DNA of 64,000 nucleotides from positions 1,120,001 through 1,184,000 of the forward strand of contig CAXXQS010000002.1 of assembly GCA_963674735.2 (NCBI GenBank), read 5' to 3'. This DNA is from Myxococcota bacterium (GTDB lineage Bacteria; Myxococcota_A; SURF-8). Position 1 is the first letter of the stretch. Every line of letters starts with the position of its first letter. Positions 9,226-19,312 of this stretch are shown here, in pieces. The notes under the pieces were generated by a model. It saw only the letters and a list, made by a program, of their open reading frames with translations, was not told where the DNA came from and made no database searches. Made by a program: the position numbers and the translations under genes.

Positions 9226-10092
9226 TTACCGATCCGAGAGAATCACCTCGTCGCTGATGCCGGACAAGCGGATGGCGCGACACATTTCATGGATATCGAA
9301 ATCGGTTTCCGTCCAGCGGCGAATCGCTTCGAGCGCCTGGTAAACCAGCGGTGTGACACCATTGAAAGCCCGAAAGTGATGTTCATGCGCCCAGCGCAGC
9401 AGGGGCGGACGCCGATGCCGATAGTCCAGATCGATGAAAACCGGTTTCTTCCAGCCCTGCTCCACCCCTTCCACCGGCAGAGGCGTACCGGGCGGAACAC
9501 AGTTGACCCACAGATCGCAAACACGCGCCAGGGCTTCCACCGAACCCGGGTGATCGTCGCGAGCCTCTAGCTCGATATCGGGGAAATGAATGCGCAGATC
9601 ATGGGCGACCCGCGTGGCGCGTTCCTGCGTGCGATTCAACAAAACCAGGCGACCGATCCCGGCATTTAAAAGAGCGTAACTCACCGAGCGGGCCACCCCG
9701 CCCGCACCATGGACAATGGCCGTCATGCCGGATACGCTCTGGGGCATCATCTCTTCGACCGCCAAACCGAACGCGCGGGCATCGGTGTTGTAGGCAGCCA
9801 CGCCTCCGTCTTCCGGGATCAACACATTGGCTGCGCCAATGATGGTGACATAATGACCGACCTTATCGACGTAGCTAAGGATTTCTTCCTTGTAGGGGAT
9901 GGTGACGTTCAACCCGGCCAGTTCCCCGGTGCGCAGCCGCCGAATCATCTCGGGCAAATCCTTACGCTCGGTTTCGTAAAGCTTGTATTCGAACGGAAGG
10001 CCCAGGCGTTCGTAAACGAAGTTGTGGATAAGAGGAGAAAAAGACTGGCCGATGGGCTTTCCCACGAGGCCCACTTGCTTGCGTGTGTGCAT
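9226..10092 (-). CDS. aroE: Shikimate dehydrogenase
   Basis: Start MHTRKQ; QSFSPLIHN, NVTIPYKE, YNTD, GAGGVARS, NRT, LVYQA motifs. Confidence 0.9.
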   Translation of the reverse strand: MHTRKQVGLVGKPIGQSFSPLIHNFVYERLGLPFEYKLYETERKDLPEMIRRLRTGELAGLNVTIPYKEEILSYVDKVGHYVTIIGAANVLIPEDGGVAAYNTDARAFGLAVEEMMPQSVSGMTAIVHGAGGVARSVSYALLNAGIGRLVLLNRTQERATRVAHDLRIHFPDIELEARDDHPGSVEALARVCDLWVNCVPPGTPLPVEGVEQGWKKPVFIDLDYRHRRPPLLRWAHEHHFRAFNGVTPLVYQALEAIRRWTETDFDIHEMCRAIRLSGISDEVILSDR

Positions 10093-10210
10093 CCCGATAC
10101 TCCTTGCAAGCCGCCGATCATCGCAGCCGCCTATGGCGGGGAGTGTACGAAACCCACGATGGTGGGTCAAGAAAAAGGGAGCCGCCATTCAAACAAACCG
10201 GTAGCCGTGT

Positions 10211-13200
10211 TCAAGGTGCGTGGGTCAATCGCAGTAAAAAGAGATCGGGGTCGCCCTGGCTGTAATGCGCCGGACCGTCCGGATCGAAATCGATCTGACC
10301 GTTGAAGAAGCCCCCCACCCATACGGCGGTCGACCCATCGGCGGCCAGTCCGCTCGCGACCTGATCTCCGGTTGAACCATAGGCGATCGACCACACATGA
10401 CTACCGCTGCCGGTGTAGCGCATCACATAAACATCCTGCGCCCCGGCGCTGCTGAATGCCTCGCCGCCGAAACTCACGTCGTTTCCCTGAAATGTTCCGG
10501 CCGCGATCGGATAACCGAGGGTGTCGCACGCCAACGCACGACCGAAATCGTTCCCGCTTCCGCCGAAACGTTCGGACCACAAATAGGAGCCGTCGAAATC
10601 GAGCTTGACTAAATAGATATCATAGCCCCCACCGCTTGTGAGCGTATGGGTGGCATCGAGTTGCAGGTCGCTTTCAAACGAACCCGTCATCCAAAGCTTT
10701 CCCTGCGGGTCTGCAACCAACGCCGACAATTCCTGGTCCTGCTCGTCCCCGTAGCGCTTCGACCAGATTTTCGCTCCGTTGTTGGCATTGAGTTTGGCGA
10801 CGAACGCATCGTAGTACCCGGCGCTGGTTAACGGTTCCGCCCCGAAATCGATGGTCCCCGAAAAATAGCCGCCCACGTATACATACATGTTCGTCACCGT
10901 ACTCAAAGCGGTTCCCGCCTGATAGACGGCCGAATCCCCGTAGCGTTTCGACCATTGATGAACACCATTGTTGTTGAACTTGGCGACGTAAATATCACTG
11001 CCGCCGGAGCTGGTCAGGGTGTCACCTCCGAAGTCCACGTTTCCCTTGAAATCGCCGGTGATGTAAACGCTGTCGCTGCTGTCGCAGGCCAGATCGTTGA
11101 GATACTGCCAGTCGCTGTCGCCGAAGCGGTCCGACCAGACATGCACACCGGCCGCCGTGAATTTGGCCACATAGATGTCGGTTCCACCCGATGCTGTCAA
11201 CGCATCGCCGGGGTCGCCGCCGAAGTTGACGCTACCGGCGAAAACCCCGCCGATCAGCACCCCGCCGTTTTCATCCACCGCCACCGCCAGGCCATCCTGG
11301 CGCGAGCCGTCGCCGAAGCGTTTGGCCCAGTCGACCGTGCCGTTTTGCAAAACCTTGATCAGAATGATGTCGCCCAGGCCCTGGCTGGTGTAGGTGCTCC
11401 CGCCGATACTCAGGCTGCCGTAGAAATCGCCGATCAGGTAGCTGTTGCCGGAGGCATCCACCGCGACGTCGCGGGCGAATTGATTGCTGGAGGAACCGCC
11501 GAAAGCCGCCGACCCATCGTAGTAGGGCGGGTCGCCGGGATCGGCCTCGTCGAGGTCGCCGTCGGTTTCGCCTTCGGCATCGCCGTCGATCAGGCAAGCC
11601 CCGTCGCTGTCGACGTTCGTGCCTGCGGCCTGCGCGACGCATTCGTTGGGATAGGTGACACCATCGCAACCGCACACCGGCATGTAAATGGCCGGACAAT
11701 CCGAGGGTTCCGGATAGCACACGCCGTCGCCATCGCAATCGCCGGGACTCTTGAGGCAGAAATAATCCGTATCGCAATCCCCGTTGTCGCTGCAATCGCT
11801 GGTCACCGGACAAGCGCCCAGCGCCGCCACACTCGTACTGTAAGAGGCCGCCACGCAGTCGTTGACGTAGGTTTCGCCGTCACAGCCGCACACCGGCAGA
11901 TAAATCAGCGGGCAGTCCTCGGGAATGGACGTGCACAGGCCGTCCGCCGCACAATCGCCGGGAGCCTTCGCACAAAAGCGCCCGCCGCTGCAATCGTCAT
12001 TTTCGCTGCAATCGCTTTCCGGCACGCAAACGCCCTCGCTCGCCACATTGATCCGCGCGCGCGCCGCCAGGCAAGCGTTGTCATAGGTGATGCCGTCGCA
12101 ACCGCACACCGGATCGTAAACCGACCGGCACAGCAGGGGCGGCTCTTCGCACATCCCATCGCCATCGCAATCGCCCGGTTCCTTCAGGCAGTAACTCGAT
12201 CCGGCGCAGTCGCCGTCGTCGCTGCAGTCGGAAACCGGTTCGCAGGCCCCCTCCCCCGCAACGTTCACGCCATTGGCACTCGCATCGCAGTCGTTGGCAT
12301 AGGTGATGCCGTCGCAACCGCAGACCGGCGACCAGACATCGGGACAGGCGTCGGGCCGGTTGGTGCAGATGCCTTCGCCGTCGCAGTCGCCCGGTCCCTT
12401 CATGCAATAGCGCGCATCGGTGCAATCGCTGTCATCCATGCAATCGTAGTCCGGCTCGCAGGCATAAGCATAATCCACCGCGACCCCTTCTCGTGCGGCG
12501 ACGCATTCGCTGTCGTAGGTTTCACCGTCGCAGCCGCACACCGGCGCCCAGACGGCCGGACAGCGAACGGGCCGATCGACACATAACCCCATTTCCGAGC
12601 ATTCGCCGGGCATCTTCAAACAGTAGCGACTCTCCTCGCAGTCGTCGTTATCCGTGCAGTCGGCGGCGTGGTCGCAGGTTCCCATGGACTGCAGGCTGGC
12701 TCCGTTGCCGGCGGCGACACACTGATTGGCATAGCTGACGCCGTCACAGCCGCACACCGGATAATAAATGTCGGGACAAGCCTCCGGACGCTCCACACAA
12801 ATACCCGTAATCTCGCACTGTCCCGGCATCTTGACGCAGAACTGAACGGCGGCGCAATCGTCGTTGTCGGTGCAGTCGCTCTCGATTTCGCACACCCCTT
12901 CGGAAAAGATACTCTGCCCTTCCCTCATTGCCTGGCAACTGCTGTCGTAAGTGCGAAAATCGCATCCGCACACCGGATCGTAGAAATCCAGGCAGATGTC
13001 CGGCCGTTCCTGGCAAGTTCCCTCACCCCCGCAAGAACCGGACGGGCGGGCGCAGTATTCGTCGCTTGCGCAGTCGTCGTTTGTGTCGCAGCTTTCCGTC
13101 GAGCGACAATCCCCGACGTAGTCAAGCGTGATGCGGGCGGCCTGAGCGAAACAGCTATTGGAATACGTTTCACCGTCACAGCCGCACACAGGGCTCCATA

Positions 13201-13429
13201 ATTCCGGGCAGGCCTCCGGCAGCGACTCGCAAACGCCTTCCGCCGCCTCGTCACACTGGCCGAGGGCCTTGGCGCAAAATGCGTCCGCTCCACAATCGTC
13301 ATGGTTCGTACAGGTTCCGGTGCCGAGGCACTCCTCGCAGTCTTCCGGATCGCAGGCCGCCAGTAGCAGCACGAAACACAAAACGATACCCCATTCGAAA
13401 CCACGCATTCGGCGCGTTGCACGCATCAT
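10211..13429 (-). CDS. Lipoprotein with 8 Cys-rich Kazal-containing repeats and C-terminal SBBP-like beta-propeller
   Basis: Lipobox LAAC; 8x PVCGCD(G/F)x(T/S)Y...C; then repeats AVDASGNSYLIGDF / DIYVAKF...WSKRYG. Confidence 0.85.
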   Translation of the reverse strand: MMRATRRMRGFEWGIVLCFVLLLAACDPEDCEECLGTGTCTNHDDCGADAFCAKALGQCDEAAEGVCESLPEACPELWSPVCGCDGETYSNSCFAQAARITLDYVGDCRSTESCDTNDDCASDEYCARPSGSCGGEGTCQERPDICLDFYDPVCGCDFRTYDSSCQAMREGQSIFSEGVCEIESDCTDNDDCAAVQFCVKMPGQCEITGICVERPEACPDIYYPVCGCDGVSYANQCVAAGNGASLQSMGTCDHAADCTDNDDCEESRYCLKMPGECSEMGLCVDRPVRCPAVWAPVCGCDGETYDSECVAAREGVAVDYAYACEPDYDCMDDSDCTDARYCMKGPGDCDGEGICTNRPDACPDVWSPVCGCDGITYANDCDASANGVNVAGEGACEPVSDCSDDGDCAGSSYCLKEPGDCDGDGMCEEPPLLCRSVYDPVCGCDGITYDNACLAARARINVASEGVCVPESDCSENDDCSGGRFCAKAPGDCAADGLCTSIPEDCPLIYLPVCGCDGETYVNDCVAASYSTSVAALGACPVTSDCSDNGDCDTDYFCLKSPGDCDGDGVCYPEPSDCPAIYMPVCGCDGVTYPNECVAQAAGTNVDSDGACLIDGDAEGETDGDLDEADPGDPPYYDGSAAFGGSSSNQFARDVAVDASGNSYLIGDFYGSLSIGGSTYTSQGLGDIILIKVLQNGTVDWAKRFGDGSRQDGLAVAVDENGGVLIGGVFAGSVNFGGDPGDALTASGGTDIYVAKFTAAGVHVWSDRFGDSDWQYLNDLACDSSDSVYITGDFKGNVDFGGDTLTSSGGSDIYVAKFNNNGVHQWSKRYGDSAVYQAGTALSTVTNMYVYVGGYFSGTIDFGAEPLTSAGYYDAFVAKLNANNGAKIWSKRYGDEQDQELSALVADPQGKLWMTGSFESDLQLDATHTLTSGGGYDIYLVKLDFDGSYLWSERFGGSGNDFGRALACDTLGYPIAAGTFQGNDVSFGGEAFSSAGAQDVYVMRYTGSGSHVWSIAYGSTGDQVASGLAADGSTAVWVGGFFNGQIDFDPDGPAHYSQGDPDLFLLRLTHAP

Positions 13430-13573
13430 CCTTACCTCCCAAACACGACTTGTGGACGGATGGTTCTCTTTAACTATGAGTGTGGGATATTGTAGCTTGC
13501 CATCGGCGGATGGTCAACGCCCAAAGCGCGGCAAAAAAAGTTTACCGCAAAAAACGGAGGGATATCGACTCAA

Positions 13574-14608
13574 TCAAAGCTTGGAGGGATCGGGCAGCGG
13601 GATCACCGCATCGGCGTCGGGATCGGGATCGGGATCGACTTTCTGCAAGCCCAGCTCCGAGCGCAGCCGGTCGCGTTCGGCTTCGATGGGAGCATTCTTT
13701 TCTTTCTTCTCGGCCTGCTCGGCTTTCCAGTCGCGCTCATGCTCATCGATGGCACGCAGCGTGGCGTCGAGCTCGGCGGTCTTTTCGTGTTTCGGGTGGA
13801 CGACCGCCAGCCAGCGCCAGACGGCGCGGGCGCGTTTGTACATATGCGCCTCGGTATAGGATTCGGCCAGCATTTCCACCAGTTCCCGATCGCGGACCGT
13901 GTCGGGATACTTGCTGAACGCGCCCTCCAAGCGCCACACGGCTCCGCGCGGGCTGTCGTTTTTCAGATTGTAGCGTGCCGCATAAACTTCGCGATCGATC
14001 AAACGGCGCAAAGTTTCGGCCGTCCGTTTTTTGGAGAGATAGATCATGGAGCGAACCTGGCCGTAATGCCGTCCTTCGCAGATTCCGATGGTTTCCGGCC
14101 TGTAGGTCTTCGGGTAGTAGTAATCTTCGGCCCGTTCCATCCGAATCAGGCGGTTGTACTCGCGGACGGCTTTCTCGGTGAGCACCTGGTCGCGCTCGTA
14201 CACCGGCGGCATAAACCACCAGTCTTCGGGCAGCTGCTCCAAAAAGGCATCGCCCGTACGAAATTGCGCATAGGGATTGCAGGGGTGGGTGGGGTGACGC
14301 CGACGAAAACGGCGGTAGTTGTCGATCGCCTCGGGAAACATATCCCGCCGGTAATAGGTGTCGGCAATCAGCAGCTCGCTCATCGGCGCATACATGGAAT
14401 AGGCGTACTTGGTTTTGACCAACCCGAAGTATTTTTCGGCGATTTCGTAGTTCTCGTCCGCCATGAACCGCAGGCCTTCCTGATAGTTCAAACTGGCCGA
14501 CTCCGGGTAATCCCGGCCTTTGAGTTCCACGAAACTGGCGCAGCCGGCGAACCAGACGGCCACCAGCCCTATCGCCGACAGTTGGATGATCAAACGCAAC
14601 ATCAACAC
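13574..14608 (-). CDS. bamD: Outer-membrane protein assembly factor BamD
   Basis: Lipobox FAGC; TPR pattern YAYSMYA...ADTYY...AIDNYRRFRRRHPTHP; ERDQ..T; EVYAARY. Confidence 0.8.
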   Translation of the reverse strand: MLMLRLIIQLSAIGLVAVWFAGCASFVELKGRDYPESASLNYQEGLRFMADENYEIAEKYFGLVKTKYAYSMYAPMSELLIADTYYRRDMFPEAIDNYRRFRRRHPTHPCNPYAQFRTGDAFLEQLPEDWWFMPPVYERDQVLTEKAVREYNRLIRMERAEDYYYPKTYRPETIGICEGRHYGQVRSMIYLSKKRTAETLRRLIDREVYAARYNLKNDSPRGAVWRLEGAFSKYPDTVRDRELVEMLAESYTEAHMYKRARAVWRWLAVVHPKHEKTAELDATLRAIDEHERDWKAEQAEKKEKNAPIEAERDRLRSELGLQKVDPDPDPDADAVIPLPDPSKL

Positions 14609-14642
14609 CTCGCTTTACCCGACACCCATCAAATGGAGGCGT

Positions 14643-14671
14643 ATGATACCCCGTCCGGTCGACGGGGTCAA
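14643..14671 (-). promoter_or_regulatory. Putative sigma70 promoter of bamD with palindromic spacer
   Basis: TTGACC-17 bp-TATCAT on minus strand; ACCCCGTC-N5-GACGGGGT inverted repeat inside. Confidence 0.55.
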
Positions 14672-14787
14672 TTCCCGATACGATTTCGTTCAACTCTAGG
14701 CCGATACAGGGAAAAACGTGGCCAGCGTTTCCGCCTTACGGCCAGGCCGACACATCGGGCGAGCCAGGCGGACCCGTTGTAAGACAA

Positions 14788-15576
14788 TCAGATCGCGCCC
14801 AGTGAGCGTTCCGGGACAAAGCCATTCAAGCCGTTTTCGAGCCAGACCTGCTGCCAGTCTTCCACTCGCTCGCCCAGGCGAACTTTGAGCCCCTCATGCA
14901 CGCTGAATTCCGATTCGAAATTGAGGTTGGGTCCCTTGCGCACCGGCTGTTCGCGCTCCACCACAACGGCGTAACGGCGTGTTTCGTAGCCGTAGCCTTT
15001 CATGGCCGTCAGGCCGCCTACGACCAGCGCAAGAAGCAACACACCCGCCAAGGTCAACGACAAGGCGAAGCGGGCACGTTCGCCATGGGCGAAGCGGCGC
15101 ATGAAAAACACAAGGCATAACAAAATGTTGGCTATTGTCAAAACGATCGCGAGGCCATCGAGGGAGGCGCTTTCCATCAAGCCGTCCAAGCTCGCCCCGC
15201 TTTGCTGATCCGCCGTGGATTGGACGATCACCTGATCCTGCTGTTTTTCCAGCGCACGGGCGAGATTTTCGCGGCAATCGGCGCAATCGGCATCGATGGC
15301 CAGCGCCCGCTCCAGATACAGCACGGCATAACCGAGCTTTCCGGCCAGCAGCGCCGTCGTTCCGGCGTTATACAGCAAATCCGGATCGCGGGGAGTTCGG
15401 GCCAATAGCGCTTCGAAACCGTCGAGGGCGGCCGTCGTCTCCCCTTTTAGCGCTTGCTCGTAAGCATTTTTGAATGCCGTGGCCGGTTCTTCAGCTTTCA
15501 GCGACCCGCCTATCAGAACCGACACAAGCGCAAATAGCACAAAAAGCTTTGTTATTTTAGTGAGTTGACTTTTCAT
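14788..15576 (-). CDS. BatE-like TPR plus SH3 membrane protein
   Basis: YNAG..GYAVLYLERAL TPR, 2 TM, C-terminal VHEGLKV...GFVP SH3b-like domain. Confidence 0.8.
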   Translation of the reverse strand: MKSQLTKITKLFVLFALVSVLIGGSLKAEEPATAFKNAYEQALKGETTAALDGFEALLARTPRDPDLLYNAGTTALLAGKLGYAVLYLERALAIDADCADCRENLARALEKQQDQVIVQSTADQQSGASLDGLMESASLDGLAIVLTIANILLCLVFFMRRFAHGERARFALSLTLAGVLLLALVVGGLTAMKGYGYETRRYAVVVEREQPVRKGPNLNFESEFSVHEGLKVRLGERVEDWQQVWLENGLNGFVPERSLGAI

Positions 15577-17378
15577 CGGCGTCCACCCCCGATCCAGGCA
15601 CGCGCCGGGTCGAGCGGTTCGAGCACCTCCCGTCGGGCCGACTCGCCGCCCGGCGCATAACGAGCCATCTCGATTCGCTCCAAAAGCGCCACGATTTCAA
15701 GGGCGCGGTCGGATTCCCAGCCGCTATTCTGCAGATGTTCCTGCAATTGATCGAGCGTCAGCCCCGATAACGACCGCCCTGCGGCAAAGGCGAGCTGCAA
15801 GTCGACCAGACGGCGTAAATCGGACCAGAAGGCCGGATCGTCGCCGCCGCTACGCGCGTTCAGATCTGCATATAATTGCTTGATTTCTTTTTCGATTCTG
15901 GCTTTCTCACCGTCGCGGAACAGGGGTGCGACCAGCCGCAGACCATCCACCAGCAAAACCAGCAGCACCAACCCCAACGGCCCCCAGAAGAGAACGAGGA
16001 ACGCCCCCGACCCGAAAAAGCGCCCATTGACGTTTTCGAGTTGCGCCGTGGGTCGCAGCGGTTTCAGCGCATCCTGTTCCACCGCCAACTGCTGTTTGGG
16101 CGTATAACCCGCGCCCCCGTCCACCGGACCGGCTTGCGTGGAAGGAGTCGCCCGAAAGCTCAGCTCGCGGGTGCGCAGCGTTGTGTAACGCCCTTGATCC
16201 ACATCGAAGGTCGCAAACTCGATGGGGGGAATGCGGTACCGCCCCGGCTTTTGCGGCACCAGCAGAATCTCGGCCGTCCGTCGCCCGGCCATACGCAGGC
16301 CGCGCTGATAAACATCGGTTTTTTCGGTCGGCGGATAAGCCTTGATATTACCCGGGTATGACGGCTGGGGCATGCGCACGCGCGTCACGTTGGCATCGCC
16401 GTCCAAGGTCACAGTCAGGGTAACCGGCTGGCCGACTTCGGTCTGGCGGCGGTCGAGCTGGGCGGCGAAACGAAAATGTCCGACATTCGCTTTGCTGAAA
16501 CCGGGCGGCATTCCCTCTTGCGGCAACGGTTTGACGGTCAGCGTGACCGGCGGAGCCGCGCGACCCGTCCAGCGTCCGCCGAAAAAGCCGTCACCGCTCA
16601 GGACTTTGAGTTGATAAGCCGGAATCCGCTGCTCACCCGCTTCTCGGGCGGTGAGCAGATGCCGATCGAGAGCTTTGACAGTGTAACTCATACGATTGAG
16701 AATCAGCGAGCGGCCCTCGTTGTCCTGGCCGATTTCCAGCCGTTCGGAGGAAAAACCGGGAAAACGCGGGTCGGCGGTCGGGGACCAGCGGCTGATCTGC
16801 ACACGGGTGTAAAGATAGAGCGTGATGGCCACCTGCTCGCCTTCATACACCTCCAACCGCTCGGGAATGAAGCGCGCGAAAAGATTGGAAGATTCGCTTT
16901 CCGACGGCGTCAGCGGCGCGGTCAGTCCGGCCTCGCCCGCCGCCGAGGGACCGGATGGGGCGGACAATTCCACCACCGTCACTTCCAGGCGATTGGACGA
17001 CACCCGGCGGCCGCGTTCTTTGAAAGAAGCCGGACCGAGAACAAACACCCCCGGCTTTCTGGGTTGAAGCTGGTAGGTGGTGGTGAGTGTCTTCTGGCTG
17101 GTCATCTTGAAGTTGACGATCTGCGTCACGTGCTGGGTGCTCGTATTGGAACCAAGCACTTTGAAGCCGGGCATGGCCGGGGGCGTCACCTCGCCCATGC
17201 TGCTTTCGTCCTCGATGGTAACCACCATGTCGAGACGGAGAAGATCTCCCATTACCAGACGCGTTTTATCGGCCTGCAGGCGGATGGTGTTTCCCGCCCA
17301 GGCCGGACTCGACACCAGAAACAGGCAGACGAAAAGCAGGGCGAGGGTCGAGATGTTTGGGGCACTGGGTCGCATCAT
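15573..17378 (-). CDS. BatD-family protein
   Basis: Signal peptide, repeated Ig-like BatD domains (EVYEGEQV, LTVKPLP..GFSKANVGHF), one TM. Confidence 0.85.
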   Translation of the reverse strand: MMRPSAPNISTLALLFVCLFLVSSPAWAGNTIRLQADKTRLVMGDLLRLDMVVTIEDESSMGEVTPPAMPGFKVLGSNTSTQHVTQIVNFKMTSQKTLTTTYQLQPRKPGVFVLGPASFKERGRRVSSNRLEVTVVELSAPSGPSAAGEAGLTAPLTPSESESSNLFARFIPERLEVYEGEQVAITLYLYTRVQISRWSPTADPRFPGFSSERLEIGQDNEGRSLILNRMSYTVKALDRHLLTAREAGEQRIPAYQLKVLSGDGFFGGRWTGRAAPPVTLTVKPLPQEGMPPGFSKANVGHFRFAAQLDRRQTEVGQPVTLTVTLDGDANVTRVRMPQPSYPGNIKAYPPTEKTDVYQRGLRMAGRRTAEILLVPQKPGRYRIPPIEFATFDVDQGRYTTLRTRELSFRATPSTQAGPVDGGAGYTPKQQLAVEQDALKPLRPTAQLENVNGRFFGSGAFLVLFWGPLGLVLLVLLVDGLRLVAPLFRDGEKARIEKEIKQLYADLNARSGGDDPAFWSDLRRLVDLQLAFAAGRSLSGLTLDQLQEHLQNSGWESDRALEIVALLERIEMARYAPGGESARREVLEPLDPARAWIGGGRR

Positions 17379-17396
17379 GTTCTGCTTAACTCCGGC

Positions 17397-18260
17397 CTAC
17401 CAGTCCTGTTCCATGTTACGCGGCTGGGCCTGCTCTAACATAAAGCGGTGCATCTGGAAAGCCTTTTCATCCTTGCGCAGCTTGTCGAGCAGCTCTTCGG
17501 CTTCGGATTTTTCGATGGGTTGGGCCTGGACTTCCTGGGCTTGCTGCTCTTGATCCGCAGCCCCGGACGGCTTTTGCTCGCCCTGCCCTTCTTGCTGCTG
17601 CTGTTGATCCTGCTGCTGTTGATCCTGCTGCTGCTGATCCTGCTGCTGTTGATCCTGCTGTTGCTGATCCTGCTGTTGCTGATCCTGCTGCTGTTGATCC
17701 TGCTGCTGTTGATCCTGCTGCTGCTGATCCTGCTGCTGCTGATCTTGTTGCTGCTGATCTTGTTGCTGCTGATCTTGATTCTGTTGGTCCTGATTCTCTT
17801 TTTGTTCTTGCTGTTTTTTCTTCTGCTCTTCCAGAACATGCTGAGCCAGTTCGAGGTTGAAGATGACATCGCGGTCGCCGGAAACCAATTTGAGCGACCG
17901 CTTGTAGCTGTCGATGGCCTCGGAAAGCTTACCCTGCTTGAGCAGCAGATTCCCCATGTTGTAGTAATTCTTGGCCTTCAGCGCATCGTCCGCACCGGTG
18001 AGCGCCTTGAGATAGGCTTCCATGGCCTCGTCGCTGTTGCCTTGTTTGGTCAGGGCGTTACCGCGGTTGTACTGCACCACCGGGTCGTCGCCGCGCTGCT
18101 CGGCCGCTCGATCGTAATGACCCAGCGCATCGGCATATTCCTGATCGGCATATTCGGCATTCCCGGCCGCGATCTCGGCGTCTTCGGCCTCGAACAGCGA
18201 GAAGCCCGACAAAATCAGCCAAGCCCCCGCCATCATGAAGATTCCCATACCCCGTGTCAT
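17397..18260 (-). CDS. BatC-like TPR protein with DQQQQ repeat linker
   Basis: ATGA overlap with batB stop; YNRGNAL/YNMGNLL TPRs; C-terminal QDW. Confidence 0.85.
   Translation of the reverse strand: MTRGMGIFMMAGAWLILSGFSLFEAEDAEIAAGNAEYADQEYADALGHYDRAAEQRGDDPVVQYNRGNALTKQGNSDEAMEAYLKALTGADDALKAKNYYNMGNLLLKQGKLSEAIDSYKRSLKLVSGDRDVIFNLELAQHVLEEQKKKQQEQKENQDQQNQDQQQQDQQQQDQQQQDQQQQDQQQQDQQQQDQQQQDQQQQDQQQQDQQQQDQQQQDQQQQQEGQGEQKPSGAADQEQQAQEVQAQPIEKSEAEELLDKLRKDEKAFQMHRFMLEQAQPRNMEQDW
17595..17774 (-). repeat. 12 x 15-bp coding tandem repeat (DQQQQ)
   Basis: GATC recurs every 15 nt from 17606 to 17771. Confidence 0.95.
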
Positions 18261-19282
18261 GCGCGCACCCCCAGCCAGCGGCTGCCGCGCCGCTCGTCGA
18301 TCCAGGCCGCGGCCAATAACAGCAGAAACGCGGGCCACAGAAGCCACTGGAATTGCTCGTCATATTGCGTATAGAGCGCACTTTCGAACTGCAGTTTCTG
18401 CATCGTGGAGACGTAATCCTTCAACTCATCCAAACTGCCGCCCGCCTGCAGGCTCACGTAGCGCCCGCCGGTTTTGTCGGCGATGCGTCGCAGCACCGAT
18501 TCGTTCAGGCGGCTCATGACGGTCTTGCCGTCCTTGTCGCGATGATAACCCGCCATGTTGCCGTCGTCCCCGTATTCGGGAATGGGTTCACCGGAACTGG
18601 AACCGATCCCCACCACGAAAACGGGGATTTTGTCGGCGGCCAGCTTTTCCAACGCGCCATCCAGTTTTTCCCCGTGATCCTCGCCATCGGTCAACAGCAC
18701 CACCAGCCGCGAGCCGGAAACACCCTCATCGCCGGTCAGCAGTTTGTGCGAAAGTTCCAGGGCGTCGCCGATGGCCGTGCCCTGCACCGGAACATCGGCG
18801 GAGGAAGCGGATTTGAGGAACATGCGCGCGGCGGCGTAATCGGAGGTAAGCGGACTTTGCATGAAAGCCGCTCCGGCAAAGGATACCAGCCCGACGCGGT
18901 CGCCGCTGAGTTGATCGATCAAAGCCTGCAATTCGAGCTTGGCCCGCCGCAAACGACTGGGACGAATGTCTTTGACCGCCATGGAGCGCGAGACGTCCAG
19001 GGCAAAGAGCAGATCGATTCCTTCGCGCTTGACCAGCGTCGAACGACCGCCGATCTGCGGACGAGTCAAGGCCAGGATCAGCAACAGCAGCCCGAGAAAC
19101 AAACAGGCGGTTTTCAGTACCACTTTCCGGTCGGATACCTGCGCCGTCAGCAACTCCGCCAGAGCGGGTTCGGCCAGACGCTTGAGCCGAGCGGCCCGTT
19201 TGCGCATCATAGCCCACAGCACAAGCGCCAGAATGGGCAGTACAATCAAAAGCAAGCTGTATTCACCGGCAGCGAAACGCAT
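18257..19282 (-). CDS. BatB-like VWA domain protein
   Basis: MIDAS DVSRSM, PLTSDY, LLTDGEDH. Confidence 0.9.
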   Translation of the reverse strand: MRFAAGEYSLLLIVLPILALVLWAMMRKRAARLKRLAEPALAELLTAQVSDRKVVLKTACLFLGLLLLILALTRPQIGGRSTLVKREGIDLLFALDVSRSMAVKDIRPSRLRRAKLELQALIDQLSGDRVGLVSFAGAAFMQSPLTSDYAAARMFLKSASSADVPVQGTAIGDALELSHKLLTGDEGVSGSRLVVLLTDGEDHGEKLDGALEKLAADKIPVFVVGIGSSSGEPIPEYGDDGNMAGYHRDKDGKTVMSRLNESVLRRIADKTGGRYVSLQAGGSLDELKDYVSTMQKLQFESALYTQYDEQFQWLLWPAFLLLLAAAWIDERRGSRWLGVRA

Positions 19283-19312
19283 CCGGGATATCTCCTCAGT
19301 CCACGAAAATCA

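Noticed and set aside
10955-12586. 543-aa plus-strand ORF with repeats
   Set aside because: Mirror of the Kazal repeat gene on the opposite strand
17595-17774. Possible CRISPR array
   Set aside because: Contiguous in-frame coding repeat with no spacers; no cas genes in the window
17448-18374. ORF with (LLLIL)n looking like a membrane protein
   Set aside because: Reverse complement of the DQQQQ repeat in batC
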